64,000 nucleotides of DNA from Rotaria socialis (Eukaryota), in assembly GCA_905331295.1 (NCBI GenBank), contig CAJNYD010000054.1, forward strand, positions 62,001-126,000. Reading direction: 5' to 3'. A program made the translations under genes and the position numbers. How positions within the stretch are numbered: the first letter of the stretch is position 1; every line of letters begins with the position of its first letter. The notes under the pieces were generated by a model. That model was not told the origin of the DNA. It did not search any database and saw only the letters and a list, made by a program, of their open reading frames with translations. Below, piece by piece: positions 44,447-55,043 of the stretch.

Positions 44447-46647
44447 TATATGTGATGAAATTGATGGCGGAAGATTTCAGCGTCAGCACTGATAATACTG
44501 TCACACAACAAAAGTCAGCCCCTTCCTGCATGTCTGGGTTTCTGAAGAACGGCACATCTGAAAATTTTCAAACTTTTATGGCAGACATCTCGTTGAGTAG
44601 AGTAAAAGTTCACAAATGCTGTCTTCCATAAGATTATATATTTTTTATCCTGACAATAAAAAAAAGGGTCAAAATCGCTCACGTGCGCCAAAAAAACTCT
44701 TGTTTTTTTTACTAAGACAACTTTTGTGAAAGCTGCCAAAAGTCACCCGAGCAAACGTTTTTGAAATAAAAAAGCTAACCACTCGAAATAGTCATCAGTC
44801 TATGTGGAAAAATCTTTGCTTGATCCCTCTTATCTTGTCCGAAGAACGGGGGGCGAAATATTGCTCTTTTGATTAAAAACTTGAGTTTAAGAAAAACGCA
44901 AAAGAAAATTTACTTTCGTTTTTCTCCAGAATACTCATCTTTTTTCCATCCTATTTTAAGTTTTCTAGATTTTCCACTACTGCTCATTCGATATCATGTA
45001 ATATATTGAATCCGAATGAGAGAAAAACATGTAGATTTAACTGTTTTCGTTTTAAATCGATTCTTATTGATAGGAATTTTCAGTCTTTAGACGATTACTT
45101 TCAACCCTTAATTCAAGTTTTCATTGATGTTAATATCTGTCATGATACTAATTATCCGCATGTGAATCCGAACGTATGCGTCTCATGATGATGTCTAAAA
45201 TAGAGTTCTTATGATTTCATCGTGAACAGCATAATTATTGTATATTTTTCTGTGTCCCAGTTCTTCTTATTAGTTGTTTTCTTTAGTTTTTGGTTTGTGT
45301 ATTTTGCTTCATCAAATTATTTAAAGATTGAAAACGGTCGCAACCGAAAATTCTCATCAATAAACATCCATTAAAAATTAAAACACATAAATCTACATAT
45401 TTTTCTCTCATTCGTATTCAATCTATGATATTACAATATTTCAAAATATACAGATGTATTTGAGTCAATAAATTATGTAAGTTCATCGTTTCTTTCTACA
45501 TCAATATTAATCCAAAACAATAGATAAGAAGCTTTCAAAAACAAAAGAAAATCAATTACATTTATTAGTATTACTGTGAAAAATATTCTTTATGTTTAAT
45601 CTATCCCAATATGTGCGAAATCAGTAATTCGAAAAAAACAATTCAGAATCTATTTCAAGCCAAGAATTGGAATCGGAATTAGGCATCCCTAGGTATAATT
45701 ACTTATTTCCACGAAATAATTATTGTTCTCAGCCACACTATATTTTTTCTGCACGATAGAAAGTGCAAAAGTACTCAGGATGAGTGCCTATTATAAGCAC
45801 ATTTTAACAGTCATCATTTATGGCACTTTAAGAAAGTCAGTATGTGTATTTTTCTATGAAGAAGTTGAACTATTATTTTAGTCATGCATATAAAATCAAT
45901 AAAAGTATTATTTGTTTCAAAATTAATCGAATATATCGCCTAAAGTTATGTAAATTAAATCATTGTTGCAATAACCTACTTTTGAATTTACTCTATCTTG
46001 AAAAATAGTTCATCTTTTTCGATCCTACTGAAATAACTTTTGATACCATTTTACAAGTGATATGCCACAATAATGCTATATTAATCAGATAGTACCTGCT
46101 TGTATCTTAGCGTATGTTCGACTAATAGAAGTCAATATTGACGTTATTCAATGTAATCATTTAAATTTCCATATATTATGCTACGACATTCTTTTTTGAA
46201 TCTATTTCACGATATTATAAAGTTGAATTAAATCTGCCCGTGTAGTTAGAAAATTATATTCTACGCCGATAAATTATTCACGCAACCTAGTAATAAGTTC
46301 ATTCACTAAAAATATTTTTCTATACTCGATACAAACTTCCATCTCTCTTTTTCTTAATTTCATTCTTGCGATCGATTTATGTTTAGATAAAAATGTTTTT
46401 ACCCTAAGAAATAAAACATTAATGGTAATTTAGTTCAATGGAGTATTACAAACGAACGAAATTAAGATGAATAACTTATTATTGTTGTTTCCGCTTAGAT
46501 TTTAAGACGTGAACGGCAAAAACAGAGTGCACTTACGATGCAAAAAAGGTACACCCTTCGATATTTCATAATTTTTTCTGCTTCTAGAAATCATACTCAT
46601 GAGCGCCGGAGAGAGAGGGAGTAAGATTGACCATTAATTTTTTTCTT

Positions 46648-46655
46648 TGACGTCA
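46648..46655. promoter_or_regulatory. Full CRE palindrome TGACGTCA ~95 bp upstream of the putative neuropeptide ATG
   Basis: Exact 8-bp match. Function is inferred. Confidence 0.4.
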
Positions 46656-46749
46656 TATCGTAAAGAGTATTTATTAGCACGCACATTCGCATTAGAGAGT
46701 ACACATTCATCGAAACAAGCATATAGTCGTGTTTAGTCCCGTCAATATC

Positions 46750-47162
46750 ATGTCACACCATAAATCAATGATTATTATTTTTCTACTTTTGCAGGTATGT
46801 TTGTTCTACAAGATAGTCTCCGACCATCTTCTTAATCTATTTTTTTGTTGTTTTTGTTTCACTAGTTGCTGGTCTCATGTTGGGCAGAGTATCGCTACGC
46901 ACCCAGTATATGGTCAGCTCGACCGATGTCTTTAAGTGATTTAGATGATTATGAAAAAATTAATAACGCTCATCCTGACAACATGAACGAAAATGATATA
47001 CTTGAAAAGTTTCTCCCAATATCATATAGACCAAAGAAATTTTTTCGTAAAATTAGTCATGCTGGTGATGACGAACGAAAGAAGAAATATCTCTCCGAAC
47101 CACTCAGTGTACACGACGGGGACAATCTGCAAGGTCTTTGGGCGATGCCTGGGCGACGATAA
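46750..47162 (+). CDS. Putative neuropeptide precursor (C-terminal amidated peptide)
   Basis: Exons 46750-46794 and 46866-47162. Signal peptide MSHHKSMIIIFLLLQLLVSCWA, basic sites KK, RK and RKKK, C-terminal YLSEPLSVHDGDNLQGLWAMP-GRR*. Confidence 0.75.
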
Positions 47163-47384
47163 ATATTACAAAAACATTGATAAGAGAACGATACTAGCTC
47201 ACGCTATACCAAAGTCTATCAAACCAATAATAAAAACATAGAAAGACTAGAGTCCAAATAGCAGATGGTTAATAGTCTCACCATCAAAACTTAATAAATA
47301 AATATATGCATTGTAAAAGAAAAAATTTGCTTTTGAATAAAAAAATTTAATAATAATAATAATCATCATTGTAATAGTTGGAAA

Positions 47385-48111
47385 ATGGTGTCGAATTCAT
47401 TCATAGTTTTTGTTTCATTGTTCAGTTTGTCTGGTGTATTTTCAAGTAGGTACTCGATTGAGCTGTGGTCCATTTCATTTTAAAATTCTTGTCAACAGAT
47501 ATAGTCGATTTCGATTGTTTCGAACGAGCTGATACCGGTATGGGTCGTGCTTATTTTGAAGTTTACGCATGGCAAGCAAGTAATAGAACATGCACCAAAG
47601 TTGTTTATGGTGGTGCACTTGGCAATCGCAACCGATTCGAAGATATTGAAGAATGCTATCGATCATGTCACGATGCCGTTTTAAGTACGCTAATGCCTTT
47701 TTTTCATTTCGCTATTCGATATCATTGCTAAAAATTTTTGTAGATCATCAATTAGATTTTAATCCAACTCGTCGTTATACTGCAGTCAATCGTTTGTATG
47801 AAAATATCCAACTCTCATTAAATATCGAACATGTTGATAACGGTTATTTTAAATTAATCCTTTCACCTTTTGCTAAAGTACTTGGCATCACTGATAGAGA
47901 TGTTAGTTTACAAATATTCAATAATAATCAAACACAACATTGGGATATTATTCCAACGGGCGAAACAAATTATTTTCGAATTAAAACACGAACAAGACCA
48001 TTCGGCCATTTTGAATACATGTTCTTACAAGTAATCAAGAACGATACAGTTCATCTTAGTATAGATAGACGTGCAAATGATTATCTTGGTCAACAATGGA
48101 GATTTTTTTAA
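47385..48111 (+). CDS. Secreted Kunitz (4-Cys) + ricin-B/QxW-like domain protein
   Basis: Exons 47385-47445, 47499-47684, 47744-48111. Signal peptide, CFERADTGMGRAY..CTKVVYGGALGNRNRFEDIEECYRSC, then a domain with QHW and QQW. Confidence 0.78.
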
Positions 48112-49058
48112 CTTCTTAAAGAGAAATATATGACATGAAAGTCATTAAAAAAAAATTCAATAGGTCTTTTTAAAATAAAATAAACTCGAATTCATTATAT
48201 CGATAATTTTTCATTTTAATTTATTAATTTATAAGAGTAAATTTTACTCTAACTCCCTGCTGCCGATACTTGTTTTTATCTAAAAGAAATTTCTACGAAA
48301 GACATAGTATTATTTTCTCTACGTAAACTTGAATTTGTCGTAAACAAATGATAGATAAAGATAATCTCTCTTCCAATAAGAGGAAATTATTCTTACGTTG
48401 AAAATTTGTGTATACAATTAAAGAAAAACACAAAAAACCTTGGCACGGTCAATGATGGCAATTAATTGTTGTATACAACAATGTTATGTTATTTTTCTTG
48501 TTGTTATTGATTTTCGATCGTTCACCTTAACTCAGTACTTATTTTACTACGACGAAATTAATCTTGTCTCTCATTTTACTATTATCATCAACAATGTCAA
48601 TAAGATATAAAACACAACGACCTTTTTATTCAAAGACAGTGTTAGAACACGTCTCTCTATTGCGAAATTAAATGAACACGTATAGATATAAAAGAAAAAA
48701 TAAACGAAATCACAAGGTTAACGGAAATAAGACATCCCATGTCGTCTAATGAACAGCTCTAGACGTGTATAATAAACTTCGATAATATTCAATATGAATT
48801 TACTATTAAAAGTCAAGGTTAAGATTTATTTCTAATTTCGACAAATGTTTCTCATTGTATTGTGAATATACATACAAAGCGACATTCTTTCACGTAGATA
48901 TTTAATCCTAATAAGAAAGAGAGAAAAAGACAGAGAGACAAGAGCTCGACTTGTCGACATATAAACGCTGTCTATAACCGCGATTAAATCGGCATTTTAT
49001 ATTCTATTAGTCTCTATCCGATTTTTTTCAATCAATACGAAGGAATCTTTACGCAAAT

Positions 49059-51855
49059 ATGCGTAGTAGTTTAATAATCCTGTTATGTCTAGTTATTGTT
49101 ATGGTCAATGCAGCAAGTACAACGACCACTCGTCGTCGTCGTGTAGCAAACGCCACACGACCCAGCACAACTAAGGCACCGGTACCAAAATCGGTCTACG
49201 CTTATTTACGTTCCGTACGTGGGAAAAATTCTTGTGCTCAAGGATCATGTCCGTTTTGGGAACGACATGGACGCTCATTCGCCGCACTTCGATGTTATGC
49301 ACAACAATATCGCGAGTGTACATGTCTTCATCGCATGTGTTTTAGTTCGTGTATGTTTACGCGTCAAGTTTGTAATCAAGAAATGGTTGCATGTTTACGA
49401 CAAATTTGTCCACGGTGCATGCCAGCATCAGCATCGGCTATGTGTGCTGTCTATGATTCAATGGCTGAACGAGTAGCTGAAGCACTTTCAGTCTTTGCTT
49501 GTTATCCATGCTGTCCAATAATTAACTCAGGAACAAACAACAATACAAGTAATTTTATATTTAGTTCACGTTTTCCTAAACAGTCCGTTTTTCTCTATTG
49601 AAGATATAAATTCTATCATAATTACAACGAATAGTGAGTGCTGGTTCTTTTATTTTTTTTCGAGTATTCAGAATTCAGAGAAGATTTTTATTTTCTTGAT
49701 GAATAATAGCAGTACCTGCAGCTTCAACAGCATTGCCGTTCAATGGATTCAATGGTTAGTAAATAAAAATTAGTTTTTCTTTAGAAATTCACTTTTACAT
49801 TTTTGATTTTATTTTTCAGGTATGTAACATGATTAATTTGTGATATAAGTGTACATATCAAATATTCATTTCTAATATGGAATAGGTCAAATGGTGACCG
49901 ACCCATCTGGTTTAAATAATTTTGATGACGGTTAGCTAAATTGCATTATTTTGTTGAGAAAAACTATATTTTTATTTCAAAAAGGTGAAAATTTTGGCAA
50001 TGAAGATCCATCTGGTACAGGTGAAGGTGGTGACAGTTTTATATTCACTTTTTTCCTTTTAAAATTTAGATAAATTCTCTACTTTCAGAGATTAATTCAG
50101 GCATGAATTCAAATATTAGTAAGTATATTTTAACATTTGCTTAAATAAGTCTTTGTTTAATTTTCTTCTAGACTATTTCCCAGGGAACAACGGAAATAAC
50201 GGAGGTAAATATTCGAAGTCATTTTTCATCATAAAGATAGAATAATTTTTTGTGATATTTGAACATAAAATGAAATTTACATAAATTGAAATTTTTAGTC
50301 TCGAATACTGGAAATGCTGCGTCAAATGGAAACTTTAATAACTTTCCTGGTAACAATGGTGGTTCGAATGGAAACTCAAACGGTTTCCCTGCTAATAATG
50401 GCGGTTCAAATGGAAATTTCAATACCTTTCCTGGTAACAAAGGTGGCTGGANAAACTTTAACTTCTTCCCAGCTAACAATGGTGCTTCAAATGGAAACTT
50501 TAATTCTTTACCAAGTAACAACGGTGGCTCGAATGGAAACTTTAACGGTTTCCCATCTAACAATGATGTTTCAAATGGAAATTTGAATACCTTCCCATCT
50601 AACAATGGTATTTCCAATGGAAATTTAAATTCTCTACCTAGTAACAATGGTGCTTCTAACGGAAACTTGAATTCTTTACCTAGCAACAATGGTGCTTCGA
50701 ATGGAAACTTGAATTCTTTACCAGGTAACAAAGGTGGTTAGAATGGAAACTTTAACGGATTTGTCGGGTCAAATGGAAAATTTAATTACTTTCCAGGTAA
50801 CAATGGTGGCTTGAATGGAAACTTTAACATCTTCCCTGCTAATAATGGCGGTTCAAATGGAAATTTCAATAACTTTCCAAGTAACAATGGCGGCTTGAAT
50901 GGAAATTTTAACAGTTTCCCTGTTAATAATGGCGGTTCAAATGGAAACTTAAATGGCTTCCCAGCTAACAATGGTGGTTTGAATGGAAACTTTAACGGCT
51001 TCCCAGCTAACAATGGTGCTTCAAATGGAAACTTGAATACTTTACCAAGTAACAACGGTGGCTCGAATGGAAACTTTAACGGTTTCCCATCTAACAATGA
51101 TGTTTCAAATGGAAATTTGAATACCTTCCCATCTAACAATGGTGCTTCTAACGGAAATTTAAATTCTCTACCCAGTAACAATGGTGCTTCGAATGGAAAC
51201 TTGAATTCTTTACCAAGTAACAACGGTGGCTCGAATGGAAACTTTAACGGTTTCCCATCGAACAATGATGTTTCAAATGGAAATTTGAATACCTTCCCAT
51301 CTAACAATGGTGCTTCTAACGGAAACTTGAATTCTCTACCTAGCAACAATGGTGCTTCGAATGGAAACTTGAATTCTTTACTAACTAACAATGGTGCTGC
51401 TAATGGAATAGTTAACAGCAATTCAAACAGCAATGGTAACAGCAACTCAAATGCCAATAGTAATGCTGCTTCGACTGGAAATGGAAACCATGCTACAAAC
51501 TGCATTGGTAATGCAGTTGTCGGAATCTGTATGAATTGAATTTCTTTGAACAATAATTCAATCGATTTTTATAGGCGACACAATTAGCAGTTACCCTGGT
51601 GCTGTGTTTCCAGGTACTGATCTCTTCTTCAACAACAACCTTCCTAGCCGTAATCAACAAACTGTTAAACAACGAGTGCGACAAACTCTACGTACAACAA
51701 AACGCCAGCCAACAGCTACTCGTCGAACACCAGCTACTAAACGTCCAAGCAATCAAGCAAATGCTACTGTTCGAGCTAATAAAGTCAATAGTGGCGTTCG
51801 TAAACCGGTGCAAACTCAAAAGAAACCTCAAACAAATAATCTTATCAAAAGTTAA
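49059..51855 (+). CDS. Secreted protein: Cys-rich group XII sPLA2-like domain, microexon linker, Asn/Gly 14-aa repeats and basic tail
   Basis: Exons 49059-49548, 49710-49754, 49886-49930, 49985-~50029, 50089-50118, 50172-50204, 50299-51528, 51575-51855, all joined in phase 1. One in-frame TAG (50739) and an N (50452) lie in the repeat, probably assembly artefacts. Confidence 0.72.
50320..51400 (+). repeat. Coding 42-bp tandem repeat (~26 units, G[GA]SNGN[FL]Nx[FL]PxNN) with 168-bp higher-order blocks
   Basis: Seen in the translation. The 4-unit block GF/TF/SL/SL recurs at about 50520, 51056 and 51224. Confidence 0.95.
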
Positions 51856-52770
51856 CTTTGAATTTTACATGCATTCACATGTCTTTATTTTTATTCTTTT
51901 TTTTTCTTGAATAAAAGAATTTTTATCAAATTAATTATAAGTAGTTTTACAATTCGTTCGTTTTCTACAGGAATCAGTTCTTTTTTTTTCGTTATACCAA
52001 TACACAGGTTCATGCACAAACACTCTTCTAATACAGACGCATTGAAGCGTTAAGGCAGTAATGTATATACACATGATTTCACACGTCATCCTCCTTTCTG
52101 ATGTATCTCTTTCGGATTTTTTTCATTTTTCTAACCTTGCATTTGTTTATTTCGTATCAGTGTAGGATACGTAGCTGCCGATGCATTGACTAAGCATACT
52201 TGCTCATGTATAGGCATGTTGTTTCACTGTTCGTGATATATGAAAACGTCGAAGTCATGGTTGTATTTATGAGTGTACCATTTGGCAGTCGGCAAATATC
52301 ATCATCGTCATTGTGGTGCTTGCTGGCGTGTGACGCGTCCTCTTCTCTCCTATTTTAGGCATTGTATGCGACGCTGTCTATTTTTCTTCTCCTCTCTCTG
52401 TAGTACCTTTTTTACGAGTTGCCCATACACGATACATAGATGCACGCCAGAGCATAAGCTTACATTCAATCGGGCAGCAAAGAGAGAAACGGAGACCGCA
52501 AAGGAGGTGTAGAGGACGATAGAGAGAAGAAAAGATGGCAAAAAATTAACACATCCTCATCGAAGCACATCAAGGTAGAAGAGGCGTTCTTTTGTATTTC
52601 TCTTTTTTTCTTCTATTCTCTTTCTTTTTTGCATCTTGAGTCCAGTTGTTGTTTGTTATTGACGATCAGTATAATCATTGAGGTCTTCTTTCTTTTTTTG
52701 AATATTGTTTATGTAAAATTTTCAGCTGTTTTCTAGAAAAATAATTTAAACCGCCTGCTGAACTACCGCC

Positions 52771-53338
52771 ATGTTGCAACCTTCAGACAAATTTACAGGA
52801 TCACGAGCAGGTGAGACAAATTGATTTAATCTGTGTTTCTAGATCTTCTTAAAATTATATTTATTTTCTTCTCCATAGCTTATGTGCCTAGTGCCAGAAG
52901 TGCACGTGGTGTTTACCGAGCATCTTATGCTCGACCATCTTATGCTCGACCATCACGGCCTGGTTATGGTTATCGACCAAGATTACCACCACCAGTAGTA
53001 CCAGCTGGACGAGCACCAGGAGGTGCTGGTCTTCTTGCTGCTATTCTTGGACCTATTGGTGGTCTTACCGGATGTTTATGCTGTTTGAATACAATCGGTA
53101 TTTGGGGTCTTTTCATCACAGCTATTCCATTGACTGTCTTTATCAGTAAGTGACTTTGTTCTTGTTAACTTCTATTCGTTTGTCATCTATTTGTACTTGC
53201 TATTTTCAAGGCAAATGGTTAAGTGCTTTTAAAAGTCGAAATAACTTAAACGGTGCCGGCGAACTTCTTGCTCCTCAATTTCTTCTTCTAGTATTGCTCG
53301 TATGTTCGTTCTTATTCACGTTCATGCGTCGCTCATAA
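52771..53338 (+). CDS. Small membrane protein A (144 aa; R/Y/P-rich N-terminus, two hydrophobic segments)
   Basis: Exons 52771-52810, 52879-53145, 53211-53338 sum to 145 codons. LLAAILGPIGGLTGCLCC..IWGLF..; C-terminus NGAGELLAPQFLLLVLLVCSFLFTFMRRS. Confidence 0.75.
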
Positions 53339-54721
53339 ATAAACAAACAAACAAAATAAATAAACCAACGGCCAATTTGGTCACTTTTATATTTATGATG
53401 TTATCTACATCATTATATTCACTCTCTCACACACAAACACACAAACACACACATACACATATATAAGCACACAATAAATGGTTTTATTTTTTTTGTTCAT
53501 AAACATTTTTCTCTTCTTTCGCAACACAACGAATTTTTCTTATTTTTTTTTCATTTGATATTTTGTAATCTGCGCGCGCGCGCTTGAACTTCTCTTTTGA
53601 GGCAGCAAAAAACATGATGACGACGATAACAATGACGACGACGACGGCGACAAAACACCATCTTTATAATATCAAAAATTCATGTCTTTCGATAGCAAAC
53701 GTGGCGATGTTCAGTGTTTCTTTTCTTTTTATTTATCTATTTTTTTGTTTCTTTTTTTATTCTCAAATCACCAGAAATATTCAAATAAAACTCAGACGTC
53801 ATTTATTGTGTGAAACAAATATAAACGTCATAGAATCTGAATCATCATTAATCATTAACTCATCATCGCAATCAACAAAATGACCTTGAATTAGCACACG
53901 GGGAGAAGAAAAAAGAAAAGTAACTTCTCTCTTTAAACGAGATTAAAAAATTCAAATGTATTTAAGTGAAAATCTGCTGTCGATTTCATATGTGCTTTTA
54001 GTTTAATTTTTTTTTCTGTATTCTTCCTTTCTTTTTGGCATCATCAATGTTATTCATATCGTTTTGTCATGCATGGTTTCCGCACAATATTCCTATATTT
54101 CTTTAGGTTTGTATCAATTTGTCTGTCAGTAGAGTTTCTTTTTTCTTTTTTTTCTCTGTCACTTTTTTTGGGGTTGTTAGTTATCTATGTTCATGGTTGA
54201 TTGCGCACACTAACGAAAAAAAAAAAGTTTCATACCGACTTTTTTTTCGTCGCTTCGAAAGCATTCATTAAGGTAGAGCTCCCCATGTAATATCACCTTC
54301 AGTCGACAGATATGCCTGACATAAGAAAAAAATCAAGAGAGCGACGGAGGGAGAGAGAGAGAGATAGTGCGCGAGAAAAACCTGTATTGCCCACGTCTAG
54401 ATGAATATATTCAGAGAGTGAGAGAGAAAGTATGAAGGTTTTTCTTCTTCGTTAAGGTAGGGAGATAGCATGAAAACAAGCTTATTTACTTTTTTTGTAC
54501 GCAGTCTCTCTTTTTTCTCCTCTCTCTTCCCCTTTTTCATCGATCTTCGTTTACGCGTTACCGAGAGAGCTAGAAATGCAAAAACAGGGAGAAGAAGAAG
54601 ATAAGCAAATCTGATCTTTTCAAACGAATAATATTGTTGAAATAATTATTGTTTGTAAATATGTTTTCTTTTCTTACTTTATTTGTAGACAAACGGGTGT
54701 GCGTAAGCTAAACACTCAATA

Positions 54722-55043
54722 ATGGTCAATCCTCTAGCCGCTGCGCTCGGTCCAGTAGGTGGTCTTGCAGCATGTGCCTGCTGTTTACTTCTTGCTGCTA
54801 TTTGGGGTCTTTTCGCTACGACGATTGCCCTGGCCGCTATTACAAGTAACTATTGTTTATGCTTTCATTTGTAAATTATATTTCTTGTGATTTTGTTTTT
54901 TAGAACAATGGGTAGATGCAGTAAAACAAGCTAACAGTGTGAGTGGTGCTGCAGAAATGATTTACAGTCATTATCTTCTCGTTGGAATTTTATGCTTATA
55001 TGGCTATTTTGGACTTCGGCGAGCACTTCGCTCTGCTAACTAA
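54722..55043 (+). CDS. Small membrane protein B (87 aa), tandem paralog of A
   Basis: Exons 54722-54845 and 54904-55043: MVNPLAAALGPVGGLAACACCLLLAAIWGLFATTIALAAIT|KQWVDAVKQANSVSGAAEMIYSHYLLVGILCLYGYFGLRRALRSAN*. Confidence 0.78.

Noticed and set aside
50452..50810. In-frame TAG (50739) suggesting readthrough or pseudogenisation of the Asn/Gly repeat gene
   Set aside because: It lies in a near-identical repeat array beside an N and garbled units, and the frame is unchanged on both sides. An assembly or read-end error is most likely; raw reads are needed.
50219..51553. Long minus-strand ORFs (FKFPFEPPLL repeats)
   Set aside because: Antisense shadows of the coding repeat.
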